The position numbers were made by a program, and so were the translations under genes. 64,000 nucleotides of DNA, taken from the IMG/VR virus record IMGVR_UViG_3300050343_000191, positions 167,086-231,085 of that record. The stretch is one strand, 5' to 3'. Under the pieces are notes generated by a model. The model worked only from the letters and a program-made list of their open reading frames with translations. It was not told where the DNA came from and did no database searches. Positions 1 through 8,207 of the stretch are shown here, in pieces. The stretch's first letter is position 1, and each line of letters begins with the position of its first letter.

Positions 1-17
1 TTACCTCTTCAACTTTT

Positions 18-248
18 TTATAGAGATCCATTGTCTTCTATTTTAATTGCTTGTTCAATGATAGCAGTAATTTCTTTACTTGTCAATCCATTTAGAAATT
101 TCCAAGTAGGATCATTTTTATCCCATTCAAGGGTAAATGTACCATCTTTATTTTGCTCAACTTTGAGAGAATCACTAATTGCTAAGTTAGTATCCATACC
201 GTCAGTCATCGAATACCTTGCACATAGGGGAACCGGGGTGATCATCAC
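18..248 (-). CDS. Hypothetical phage protein; true start probably a downstream Met
   Basis: ORF colinear with the surrounding minus-strand small genes. Confidence 0.55.
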   Translation of the reverse strand: MMITPVPLCARYSMTDGMDTNLAISDSLKVEQNKDGTFTLEWDKNDPTWKFLNGLTSKEITAIIEQAIKIEDNGSL

Positions 249-432
249 AGAACTTATCTAAAACTTTATCCTGATGACGATTCTCTGGATTAGCAATCTT
301 ACCTTCTGTAGTAGGATCCCACTCATCAGGTGAGTGTGTCTCATTACAGTGCAAATCTACCTTGTACTCATTCCACTTATCATTAGGATCATAAAGTGGA
401 TCGGATGGATCTTTTTGGCGTGGTTGTGACAT
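202..432 (-). CDS. cp12: CP12-like protein (Calvin cycle regulator domain)
   Basis: C-terminal FCDDHPGSPMCKVFDD matches the CP12 C-x8-C-x-V-(Y/F)-D-D pattern. Confidence 0.7.
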   Translation of the reverse strand: MSQPRQKDPSDPLYDPNDKWNEYKVDLHCNETHSPDEWDPTTEGKIANPENRHQDKVLDKFCDDHPGSPMCKVFDD

Positions 433-435
433 AGT

Positions 436-618
436 TTAACAGTCCTTATCTTTTTTGAATTGTTTACGGCACCCCTTAAGTACCTTGAGTTCTTCTTTGA
501 TAGTTTTGTAGGCATCTTCGGCAGATAGTTTTCTTCCCATCTCCAGAGCAATTGTTAATTCTACCCTAGTTCCAAAATGTTTAAGTGCCTCCTCAAAACA
601 ATTTAAGTCTTCATACAT
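436..618 (-). CDS. Small helical protein resembling a conserved cyanobacterial small protein
   Basis: Motif LEMGRKLSAEDAYKTIK resembles the LETxGKLSxEEAYxxIK motif recalled from cyanobacterial small proteins. Confidence 0.55.
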   Translation of the reverse strand: MYEDLNCFEEALKHFGTRVELTIALEMGRKLSAEDAYKTIKEELKVLKGCRKQFKKDKDC

Positions 619-883
619 TACTTATAAGTTCAGTTTTCAATTTATGTATTTCATCAAAAGCAAGAATCATATTTTCCTCAAGTTTATTGAGTTTTTCGTC
701 GTGAGACTTCAACCAATCAAAATGTAAATCATTATCAAAATTAGGATCATCATAAAGGGTATTGGCATCAACACCATACCTTTCTGCTGCCCAAGAGGGG
801 GGAGTAGATGATTTCCAAGGATAAAGTATATGCTCTAACTCAGCAATCATCCCCCACAACCAAATATGCAATGTACGAATCAT
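611..883 (-). CDS. Hypothetical protein
   Basis: 90 aa ORF overlapping both neighbours by a few nucleotides. Confidence 0.6.
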   Translation of the reverse strand: MIRTLHIWLWGMIAELEHILYPWKSSTPPSWAAERYGVDANTLYDDPNFDNDLHFDWLKSHDEKLNKLEENMILAFDEIHKLKTELISNV

Positions 884-1212
884 AACTTTCCACTAACAAC
901 ACCAGAATTTACCACACGAGTATAATTTTGAAGTGTACCATCTTGAAGACATTTGAGATGCCATCTTGACATTTCGATGATACCATTCTCAGTTGCACCA
1001 GTAAGAAAGTGTGCTCCAAGTGGTTCTTTTAGAATAGATGTAAAAAGACCGAATATACTTTTTTTAATATAGAAAGCATCATCAATCCACACAACATCCT
1101 CTGGGATATTCTTTTCAATAGTATTGTTTGGACCCAGTGTTGATGCTAGTGTAGGTTTTTTGACTTCAGTCTCCGAGTTCATAACATCCCCACTTTCCAG
1201 ACTCTTCATCAA
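880..1212 (-). CDS. Hypothetical protein
   Basis: 110 aa ORF in the operon; start may be the internal MNSETEVKK. Confidence 0.6.
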   Translation of the reverse strand: MMKSLESGDVMNSETEVKKPTLASTLGPNNTIEKNIPEDVVWIDDAFYIKKSIFGLFTSILKEPLGAHFLTGATENGIIEMSRWHLKCLQDGTLQNYTRVVNSGVVSGKL

Positions 1213-1492
1213 AGATTGCTACTGTGTTTGGATATACATCCTCTGGTTTATCAACAAGAGGAACACCATCCTTATTAGTTTCAATCTGATCACGAATAAA
1301 ACCGAAAGGTCCAATTTTACCTTCAGATTCTAATCGTTTCTTCATAACAACAGAACCAAGAGACTCCATAATTTTCAGGATGTCTTCTGCTTTAGCACCT
1401 TCACCTAGTTGTTTTGCAACGTAAAAGTATTTGTCGAAGAATTCTCCGCTATACTTTTCGTAGTCTTCAACCGTTATTGATTTGTCTTTCAT
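1166..1492 (-). CDS. Hypothetical protein
   Basis: 108 aa ORF in the operon. Confidence 0.6.
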   Translation of the reverse strand: MKDKSITVEDYEKYSGEFFDKYFYVAKQLGEGAKAEDILKIMESLGSVVMKKRLESEGKIGPFGFIRDQIETNKDGVPLVDKPEDVYPNTVAIFDEESGKWGCYELGD

Positions 1493-1637
1493 GAGGTCTT
1501 TTCAGTTTAAGTTCAGCAAGTTTGTGTGCAGTGTCTAGAGAGGATATACTCAATTTTTTTACTGCGGCAATAAGTTCGGGAGTTTCTTCCCATTCCCATA
1601 TATCACCTTTAGGTGATGTAAATTGTCTGGTTGTCAT
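1467..1637 (-). CDS. Hypothetical 56 aa protein (not in ORF track)
   Basis: Manual translation MTTRQFTSPKGDIWEWEETPELIAAVKKL...; fills the gap, with ATGA-type overlap at 1634-1637. Confidence 0.55.
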   Translation of the reverse strand: MTTRQFTSPKGDIWEWEETPELIAAVKKLSISSLDTAHKLAELKLKRPHERQINNG

Positions 1638-1858
1638 AATGCCTCCCTAGCATTTTTAAGTGTGGTAAGCAAGTGCATATTGCCTTTCAAGTATCCTAAC
1701 ACAATGATACCCAATATGGCAAGTAGAGTAATACCTAACATTATTATATTAGGTAAGGGTGTCGATAAAGTAACTTCCTTTTCGGAGTTTGTATCTTTGG
1801 ATGTGTTTTGTTCTGTGTTCTTCACATTCAAAGTGGCAGATTCTGTTTTCTTTTCCAT
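1634..1858 (-). CDS. Small membrane protein; real start probably near MLGITLL (about 1745)
   Basis: Hydrophobic stretch LGITLLAILGIIVLGYL. Confidence 0.45.
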   Translation of the reverse strand: MEKKTESATLNVKNTEQNTSKDTNSEKEVTLSTPLPNIIMLGITLLAILGIIVLGYLKGNMHLLTTLKNAREAL

Positions 1859-2003
1859 CAGTGTATTCTAATCTAAAAGGAAAACTTGAAAAAGGATGTC
1901 TATCTTTAATAGGAAGTTCTTTCCTTTTTACCTTTGCTTTGGGTTTTGTTTTAGGTTTTGTTTTAGGTTTAGGAGTTGTAGTGACTTTCTTTTTTGCAGT
2001 CAT
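1749..2003 (-). CDS. Basic hypothetical protein with KPKT repeats
   Basis: Lys/Pro-rich N-terminus; ATGA overlap with the upstream gene. Confidence 0.6.
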   Translation of the reverse strand: MTAKKKVTTTPKPKTKPKTKPKAKVKRKELPIKDRHPFSSFPFRLEYTDGKENRICHFECEEHRTKHIQRYKLRKGSYFIDTLT

Positions 2004-2218
2004 TTGAAACCTTTGCTCTGCTGCTTTCTATCCAAGACTTCAATGTGTGAAATATATTTTCCACGTCCACGAGTCCACCAAATTTCTTGTGCTAGCATAT
2101 AGTCATCAACTACAATACTTTCACCAGTTTTTGAAACAACTTTGTATTGATGACGACCATAATCTCCATCAGATGTCTCGGTGAAGTATTGAGGGTCTTC
2201 AGGTTGGATCAATTCCAT
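2000..2218 (-). CDS. Hypothetical protein
   Basis: 72 aa ORF in the operon. Confidence 0.6.
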   Translation of the reverse strand: MELIQPEDPQYFTETSDGDYGRHQYKVVSKTGESIVVDDYMLAQEIWWTRGRGKYISHIEVLDRKQQSKGFK

Positions 2219-2372
2219 CGGTTGCTTTTCGGTGATTGTATTCTATCACATATTTTTCACAAACGGTGGTGTCATCTGTTACCACATAATGTTTTAAGAT
2301 GTAGTGTGGATCCAGTTTTTGCCCTATAGAATGGAGTTGCCACAAAATTTCATTCTTCTCTTTCCCATCCAT
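2199..2372 (-). CDS. Hypothetical 57 aa protein (not in ORF track)
   Basis: Manual translation MDGKEKNEILWQLHSIGQKLDPHYILKHYVVTDDTTVCEKYVIEYNHRK... Confidence 0.55.
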   Translation of the reverse strand: MDGKEKNEILWQLHSIGQKLDPHYILKHYVVTDDTTVCEKYVIEYNHRKATDGIDPT

Positions 2373-2373
2373 C

Positions 2374-2541
2374 TTATGCTTTTTTCTTAGACCTTTTTGA
2401 TGTCATCATAAAAATGGCAAGAACAGATAAAGTAACTGCCGAAAAAGAAATTAATCCAAAAACAGGATCATAAGGATTAGTGCTTACACTTTCCCAAGTT
2501 CCTGGCAAAAAATAAACTGATGGAGTTGAAAGAAAAATCAT
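2374..2541 (-). CDS. Hypothetical 55 aa membrane peptide (not in ORF track)
   Basis: Manual translation MIFLSTPSVYFLPGTWESVSTNPYDPVFGLISFSAVTLSVLAIFMMTSKRSKKKA. Confidence 0.55.
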   Translation of the reverse strand: MIFLSTPSVYFLPGTWESVSTNPYDPVFGLISFSAVTLSVLAIFMMTSKRSKKKA

Positions 2542-2578
2542 TCTGTTATCTCATTTTAACTATCTATTAAATTTTAGA

Positions 2579-2773
2579 CTAATCATTTAGAGATTGTGCT
2601 AATTTGTTTACACGATTATACTCTTCATATGCTTCATTTGCGCGGGAATGAAGAATATCATAGATGTCTTCACGGATAGTTTCAATATCCACATAATCAT
2701 CAAAATACTTATCTAACGCTTCTTTAAGGTACCTCTTCCGGTGCCATTCAATCGAATAGGGTTTGTAATCCAT
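2579..2773 (-). CDS. Hypothetical protein
   Basis: 64 aa ORF directly downstream of a consensus promoter. Confidence 0.65.
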   Translation of the reverse strand: MDYKPYSIEWHRKRYLKEALDKYFDDYVDIETIREDIYDILHSRANEAYEEYNRVNKLAQSLND

Positions 2774-2795
2774 AATGTGAGGTTCTTATGAACGT

Positions 2796-2824
2796 ATTAT
2801 ACCACTATCTATTGTTAGGGTCAA
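2796..2824 (-). promoter_or_regulatory. Sigma70-type early promoter
   Basis: TTGACC-17 nt-TATAAT on the minus strand, with TG extension. Confidence 0.7.
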
Positions 2825-3071
2825 TACCCAATTCCTTAAGATATTCTGTCCACCAGTCTGGATCTCTCTTACACTTCCAATCAGGAACTGGTAAGTTATG
2901 AAGCGAATACCACTCGTTAATCGCTTCATCGATAGTCTGTGCGATCTGTAAATTCTTCTTCCTCTTTATCAAGGTCTGCATACGGATTGTCCACGTATGG
3001 TCCTCGTTTTCGTAAAGGTTCTTTTCCGACATAAGAGTTTTCTGTGTTGATTGCAGATACCCATACGGCAA
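2805..3071 (-). CDS. Hypothetical Trp-rich protein; start uncertain
   Basis: C-terminal EWYSLHNLPVPDWKCKRDPDWWTEYLKELGIDP looks protein-like; overlaps the upstream ORF. Confidence 0.5.
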   Translation of the reverse strand: MPYGYLQSTQKTLMSEKNLYENEDHTWTIRMQTLIKRKKNLQIAQTIDEAINEWYSLHNLPVPDWKCKRDPDWWTEYLKELGIDPNNR

Positions 3072-3135
3072 GTTTCATTACTATAAAAATTAAAACCAGT
3101 GGTGTAAAGCAACCGATTAAAATTATTGGATTCAT
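2926..3135 (-). CDS. Hypothetical membrane protein
   Basis: N-terminal hydrophobic helix and acidic tail. Confidence 0.6.
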   Translation of the reverse strand: MNPIILIGCFTPLVLIFIVMKLAVWVSAINTENSYVGKEPLRKRGPYVDNPYADLDKEEEEFTDRTDYR

Positions 3136-3368
3136 AGTAGATTATTCTCTTGAAAATAGTGTAATGTATCTTTGAGTCCACCAATATGCTTATATCCAAT
3201 AGAAACTTGTGGATACTCCGCACCTTCACCAAACTCAGAAACAAATGCTCTCTGAGTAAAATGGTTATTTAATTTATATTCCTGTATTTGACTATTAAGT
3301 TTTTCTAAAAGCATTCTAGCACGTTCACATTCTTGATTTCCGTTCGTGTATAACACTATTGAGTTCAT
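3132..3368 (-). CDS. Glutaredoxin-like protein lacking the first Cys of CxxC
   Basis: IVLYT-NGNQEC, cis-Pro motif YPQV and HIGG of the glutaredoxin fold. Confidence 0.65.
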   Translation of the reverse strand: MNSIVLYTNGNQECERARMLLEKLNSQIQEYKLNNHFTQRAFVSEFGEGAEYPQVSIGYKHIGGLKDTLHYFQENNLL

Positions 3369-3385
3369 TATTTCTCCTAAGTTGG

Positions 3386-3685
3386 TTACAATGTTCTTTC
3401 TAATCTACTTGTTGCTTGATCGGGAAAGTCTCTAGGACGACTATCTGTTGCGTTATCGGTTCTAGGTGAACCTTCATTTGCCTTCATTGTATGCTGATAG
3501 TTAGGTCGTGGATATCTAATGCAAAATGGATCAGGCATCCAATATGTTACTTGCCATTCTTGATCAGGACATAACTCAAGATGTTTTTCTACAGTGTGAG
3601 AGAAACTACCCAATTGTATGTATCCATCATGACTAATACATCTACCATTACCAACATCAACCAAGAACATCATCTTACTACTCAT
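3386..3685 (-). CDS. Hypothetical protein
   Basis: 99 aa ORF in the operon. Confidence 0.65.
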   Translation of the reverse strand: MSSKMMFLVDVGNGRCISHDGYIQLGSFSHTVEKHLELCPDQEWQVTYWMPDPFCIRYPRPNYQHTMKANEGSPRTDNATDSRPRDFPDQATSRLERTL

Positions 3686-3870
3686 AGTATTTTTTGTTCT
3701 GGGTTGAGGTTCTTTACAAATTGCACGGGATCTTTTTCTGATTTATGAACCCAATGATACCGAATACATTCAAACTCAGGATCCCAAGTCTGAACGCAGA
3801 TATAATCAGTCACGTTGCCTCCAATCATCAGGTTTATCCTGCTGGAACCAATCTTTGATGTCATCAGCAC
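3682..3870 (-). CDS. Hypothetical protein; start probably the GTG at VTDYICV
   Basis: ORF in the operon with an overlap at the stop of the upstream gene. Confidence 0.5.
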   Translation of the reverse strand: MLMTSKIGSSRINLMIGGNVTDYICVQTWDPEFECIRYHWVHKSEKDPVQFVKNLNPEQKIL

Positions 3871-4120
3871 TATTGAACCCCGTTTTGTGATTGGATGGAT
3901 CGGGGTCTCCTAAACCCATCCTATTCAGAAAATCGTCGGTACTGCCTTCTTCAATTTCTTGAGAAGATTGTCGTCGTGCTTTTTGTAACCAATCACGAGC
4001 AGTAGTGTGACTTTTTGCCAACTTCTCTGCCCAGATCATATCGTCTAATTTTACCTCTTCGCCATTTGCAATACATTTACAAATAAACTCCAGTCTCAGA
4101 CGGTATTGAGTAGATAACAT
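3806..4120 (-). CDS. Hypothetical protein
   Basis: 104 aa ORF in the operon. Confidence 0.65.
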   Translation of the reverse strand: MLSTQYRLRLEFICKCIANGEEVKLDDMIWAEKLAKSHTTARDWLQKARRQSSQEIEEGSTDDFLNRMGLGDPDPSNHKTGFNSADDIKDWFQQDKPDDWRQRD

Positions 4121-4140
4121 AAAGTTACGCTTCGTTACTT

Positions 4141-4359
4141 TTATTTATTTTCTTCCATCAATCTCTTCGACAAACTAAGAGAGCGACGGTATATCATATA
4201 TTTTACCACAGGATTTCTAGGATTGTTAGTCAACCACCAGATTTGGCGTCTTATGTAAGTATTTGCTAACTTAAATCCATAATAAAAAATGGCAGCAGCA
4301 CCTTCATCTGTAAGGATAAAGTATGCTACTACCACAAATAGTATGAATAATAGAGTCAC
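4141..4359 (-). CDS. Hypothetical membrane protein
   Basis: N-terminal hydrophobic segment. Confidence 0.55.
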   Translation of the reverse strand: MTLLFILFVVVAYFILTDEGAAAIFYYGFKLANTYIRRQIWWLTNNPRNPVVKYMIYRRSLSLSKRLMEENK

Positions 4360-4538
4360 TTAGACTCCTCATATCTTCTTTTTTCAAGATATTCAATCAT
4401 CTCTTGCCTCCACTCCATCAGTTCATAAAAACACTCTTGATTGTGAGCACAACCGCGAAGACGACTATCAGGTTTGATTACACTTTCAAGCATTAAACCA
4501 AGTGCATCACGTCTTTTTTGTTCTTTGGCGCAACTCAT
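4356..4538 (-). CDS. Hypothetical protein
   Basis: 60 aa ORF with 4-nt overlaps on both sides. Confidence 0.6.
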   Translation of the reverse strand: MSCAKEQKRRDALGLMLESVIKPDSRLRGCAHNQECFYELMEWRQEMIEYLEKRRYEESK

Positions 4539-4762
4539 TGTTTTCTTTTTCGTTTAGTGGTTTTTAATTGGTTTTTGATGAAGTCTACTGATTGTTTGTA
4601 GGTGCTCAGGATTTTAATTTGTTTACAGTTATGTATGATGACAAATTTTTTCCCAATAGGAATTGCTGCCCACATACCATCGTTAGTACAATAACCCAGA
4701 GGATTGCCAGGTTTAGGATTAAGAATCCCAGGACGTTCGATATGTGGTTTAAGAAATCCCAT
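4535..4762 (-). CDS. Hypothetical protein
   Basis: 75 aa ORF coupled to its neighbours. Confidence 0.6.
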   Translation of the reverse strand: MGFLKPHIERPGILNPKPGNPLGYCTNDGMWAAIPIGKKFVIIHNCKQIKILSTYKQSVDFIKNQLKTTKRKRKQ

Positions 4763-4902
4763 TAGAAAGTAGCAGTGACACCCATAACTGTTGCATTAGG
4801 ATTGCGTGCAAGTGCTACCTCGCGTGCTTCCTTGTAATCGCGTGCCTCAACCATTTCGTTGAAGACTTTACCAGCGACGTAGAGTTGAACTTTGCAGCGC
4901 AT
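4762..4902 (-). CDS. Hypothetical 46 aa protein (not in ORF track)
   Basis: Manual translation MRCKVQLYVAGKVFNEMVEARDYKEAREVALARNPNATVMGVTATF; TAATG overlap with the next gene. Confidence 0.6.
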   Translation of the reverse strand: MRCKVQLYVAGKVFNEMVEARDYKEAREVALARNPNATVMGVTATF

Positions 4903-4926
4903 AATCAGTTTGTTTCGACGTTCTTA

Positions 4927-4952
4927 GTATAGCACATCAGATCGATCTGATG
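4927..4952 (-). promoter_or_regulatory. Extended -10 element overlapped by a perfect 18-bp palindrome
   Basis: TGTGCTATACT at 4927-4937 (minus strand); CATCAGATCGATCTGATG at 4935-4952 is self-complementary. Confidence 0.45.
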
Positions 4953-5428
4953 AAGGACAGATCAAAATCTTCAGATTCTCTAAAGTAATCACGTACTTGC
5001 TCACGCTCCTCTAAGCAGTTATAACCAGTGAGAAAGAAGTCAGAAATTTCAGGGTCTGCAATCGCATTTACACAAGCACCGTTGTCTTTGATGTTCTTTA
5101 ATTTTGACTTAGGAATACAACATCCCTTCCCCTTCTTTACATCAGTTATGATAAAATAATCGGCAAGTTTGTCCACATAATTTCCTGCCTGACGACGATT
5201 CTTAAGAATCAATCCTCTCACCGCCATCTGCGATTTGTTCTTAAATTGAGTTACTTTTGATTCATAAGTTGTTCCATTGGGACCAATCAAATCAATGCCA
5301 GGAAGATTTACTCTAGTGAGAAGACCATTACTATACTCAGCAAGTGCTTTCTCTACAAGTTCTCCTGCTTTGGGGTACCTTAGATTGTTGTCAGTGTAAT
5401 CGTGAATCGTTTCTAAAAGTTTAGTCAT
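4937..5428 (-). CDS. Putative PD-(D/E)XK endonuclease
   Basis: N-terminal helix GELVE followed by GIDLIGPNGTTYESK (D-x9-E-x-K). Confidence 0.55.
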   Translation of the reverse strand: MTKLLETIHDYTDNNLRYPKAGELVEKALAEYSNGLLTRVNLPGIDLIGPNGTTYESKVTQFKNKSQMAVRGLILKNRRQAGNYVDKLADYFIITDVKKGKGCCIPKSKLKNIKDNGACVNAIADPEISDFFLTGYNCLEEREQVRDYFRESEDFDLSFIRSI

Positions 5429-6388
5429 CGACGAATCTCACTGATAGCGGGTTGACCTTGATTAAACACAACATCAACAACTGCCTGAACTTTCTTGGCA
5501 GTGCTGATACCAACTCTATCATAAGTTGGAATACAAACTAAACCAAACGTCTTCTCAGTGCTACCCAGACGGATCACACGACCGATAGACTGACTGATAC
5601 CAATGTAATCCATATTACGCATAAAGATGACTGCCTCAAGTCCACTGACGTTGATACCCTCAGACAGAATAGAGTGGTGAAGAACAACAAATCTTATTGA
5701 TTGCATTGTCATCGATGGTTTCCAACAAATTCTGTGAATCTGTGAGTCTAAAGTCCCCTTGTGGCAATTGTTTAACAACCACTTTTGGAGGAAGAATATA
5801 CCCTTCATTGACAAGCAAAGGAGCAGGAACATTACATAAAACTTGACCATATACTGACCCATCATTCATCCCTGGTTTGAAAATAGTAACACTATGCTTA
5901 GGAGTAGCAGTGAAGAAGTAGCAGCGATCAGAATCAGAAGCAAAGTGTTCCGTAGCAGGGAAAAAGTTTCTTTGAACCGAATTATGCGCTTCGTCAAAGT
6001 AAATGGTATCGATTTCAATTCCTGCCTCCTGAATACGGTGCAACGAATGATATGTAGTAAAAATCAGTTGATTTCGATACGCTTGTTTACACCACCGCTC
6101 AATATATGCAGGTTTTGTGCTACTGAAGTGCTCAGTTTCTCCACTGTGAACGTGAAACACGGCAGCATTGTCAATAACTTCCAAAAACTCTTTACAGAGT
6201 TGTGCTGCCAAAAGAATACGAGGAGCAACTACAACAATCCTTGTAGGACCATCAGAATCGAATCGTACTTTAGCGTCTTCAATCATACAAATAGTCTTGC
6301 CACCACCAGTAGGGATGATAACCTGACCTTTAGTATGTTTCTGCATCGCTTCCAAAGCATTCTGCTGATGGGGGCGAAGGGTGATCAC
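5425..6388 (-). pseudogene. SF2 (DEAH/Res-like) helicase split by a frameshift near 5690
   Basis: Q motif LRPHQ, Walker A PTGGGKT, DEAH and TATP in one frame; motifs V/VI (ILSEGIN, QSIGRVIR) in another; motif IV region absent; probable GTG start at 6388. Confidence 0.75.
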
Positions 6389-6471
6389 GGGTTTCCTGTT
6401 TGGTATGGAATTATTATAGCAGAAGATCACCTACTAAGATACCTTGCAGACAGTCTAAGAACTGGAACAAG

Positions 6472-7086
6472 TCAGTAAACCCTACGCTCTTCTCCATATA
6501 GTGTTACGATTGCGTTGAATGAAATTGTTATTCGTGGTTTTTCAGTTGCCTTGCCAGGTGGTACACAATGCTGCAAATATGAAGGAAACATCAACAAATC
6601 TCCCTCTTCAATTTTTGGAACATATACCTCACCACAATTGTTTGAGTTCATCTCCAAACTCAAATACCTCATAGATCTCAGAGGATCCCAAAATTCAGGT
6701 GGTTGGTGCTCATCTTTATCATAAGATAAAAAATGAATGAACGAGAAATGAGAATGGTTTATCTTAGAGTACAGATGATCGTGAATTTCTTGGTACTCAC
6801 CATCTCGATACACATTATACCAAAGATCAGTGAAGTGCAATCCATATTGATCATCAAAAAATTCATCAATCGTATTGTGATAGATGTTCAACAAGATATC
6901 TTTATCTTTCTCGATGAAATCTTTTTCTTGATTAAAAGAAGTAAGAATTTTATTAGTGGTCCAGTCTTCAGGTATTTCTAGTTCATCTAGAGAATCTAGT
7001 ATAGATTGAACTAGATTTTGTTTTAGAATCTCGTTTCCATTTACTCTAGATTGAAATATAGTTACTGGAAATACTTCCGTTTTCAT
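6472..7086 (-). CDS. 2OG-Fe(II) oxygenase (TIGR02466-like)
   Basis: YQEIHDH, LLMFPSYLQHCV and RITISFN motifs. Confidence 0.8.
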   Translation of the reverse strand: MKTEVFPVTIFQSRVNGNEILKQNLVQSILDSLDELEIPEDWTTNKILTSFNQEKDFIEKDKDILLNIYHNTIDEFFDDQYGLHFTDLWYNVYRDGEYQEIHDHLYSKINHSHFSFIHFLSYDKDEHQPPEFWDPLRSMRYLSLEMNSNNCGEVYVPKIEEGDLLMFPSYLQHCVPPGKATEKPRITISFNAIVTLYGEERRVY

Positions 7087-8207
7087 GCACCACCAACATT
7101 ATTATACCAACATTTATAACTTGGAGGTTCCCAATAAGCATACTCTAAGTCTTCTTGATTTTCAGGGTTAAAAATATATGGGAGTTCTATACACTTTTGA
7201 ATATGATCTATAAGTGCATTATTATTTGAATATGCTAAAGACTGTGCATAATTCCAGAATGGGGTATCATAAATTGATCCATTCTTATAGTGCCACAAAA
7301 TAAAATCTTGAACTTGAAGTATCTCAGTATGAACTATATTATTCACTTCTTCTCTTGATTGAGCACCAATCATTACATCATACAAAGATTCGGATACATT
7401 ATGATGAACAAGAGATGCAATCGCTTCCATTGGTTCAATGAATGAATATGAGTTGCCATTCAAAATAGTTCTCTCACCTCTCCACATATCTTTAGCGATA
7501 TAATTATCGAAAGAAAGATAACCATTAGGTTCTACATCAAATCTTTGAATAAAATCTTTCTCAGCATCTTCTCTAGTTGTAATTGTATTATTATACAAAT
7601 AACCATAAGAAACACTATCGTGATTTGGAATTACAAATACCCAACCATTTGGTGTCGCAATATGCTCTGTCCACAATAAATTTGGATCCGCACCTTCCTT
7701 TCTGGCAAGAATTACAGAATTGATAGGATTTGTTAAAATGTCATAAGAATCATCTAACTTATCTGGTCTTCCTCTACAATCTATAATGTATGTTGCATCA
7801 ATTTCATTTTCTGGATCAGTGATGGTTTTTTCAACAACATTAAAAATACCAGATTCTAAAACCTGTTCAGAAAATAGTTTCGGTACATAGTGCATTGCAA
7901 ATGAACCACTCCGAAAAGCGTGAAAGAAGTCATCAGTATTCTTTCCCCATCCCTTATATCGAATACCTTGCTTTATTGTTGCTTTAATATTATTTTTATT
8001 TACCCAATCCAAATCAAGGACATCAAAAATAGTTTCACGAATATTTAATTGTGTTCCTTGACCAACTTTCTCAATATTAATATTAGGATCGTGATAGATT
8101 TCAATTTCATCAATATCATAATCTTCAGTTTCCCTCAAATAATGAAGATTTAATGCTGAAATACAACCTGCGTTTCCTGCACCAATGATAGCAATTTTTT
8201 CTGTCAT
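7083..8207 (-). CDS. Flavin-dependent halogenase-like protein (tryptophan halogenase family, short form)
   Basis: IIGAGNAG FAD motif, ATIKQGIRYKGW containing the catalytic-Lys position, GWVFVIP variant of WxWxIP, FIEPMEA. Confidence 0.75.
   Translation of the reverse strand: MTEKIAIIGAGNAGCISALNLHYLRETEDYDIDEIEIYHDPNINIEKVGQGTQLNIRETIFDVLDLDWVNKNNIKATIKQGIRYKGWGKNTDDFFHAFRSGSFAMHYVPKLFSEQVLESGIFNVVEKTITDPENEIDATYIIDCRGRPDKLDDSYDILTNPINSVILARKEGADPNLLWTEHIATPNGWVFVIPNHDSVSYGYLYNNTITTREDAEKDFIQRFDVEPNGYLSFDNYIAKDMWRGERTILNGNSYSFIEPMEAIASLVHHNVSESLYDVMIGAQSREEVNNIVHTEILQVQDFILWHYKNGSIYDTPFWNYAQSLAYSNNNALIDHIQKCIELPYIFNPENQEDLEYAYWEPPSYKCWYNNVGGA

Noticed and set aside
2805-3244. Triple overlapping ORFs as overprinting
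   Set aside because: 2969-3244 is not protein-like, and the apparent overlap of 2805-3071 shrinks if a later start is used.
5894-6478. 194 aa plus-strand ORF
   Set aside because: Antisense shadow of the helicase; no recognisable motifs or RBS.
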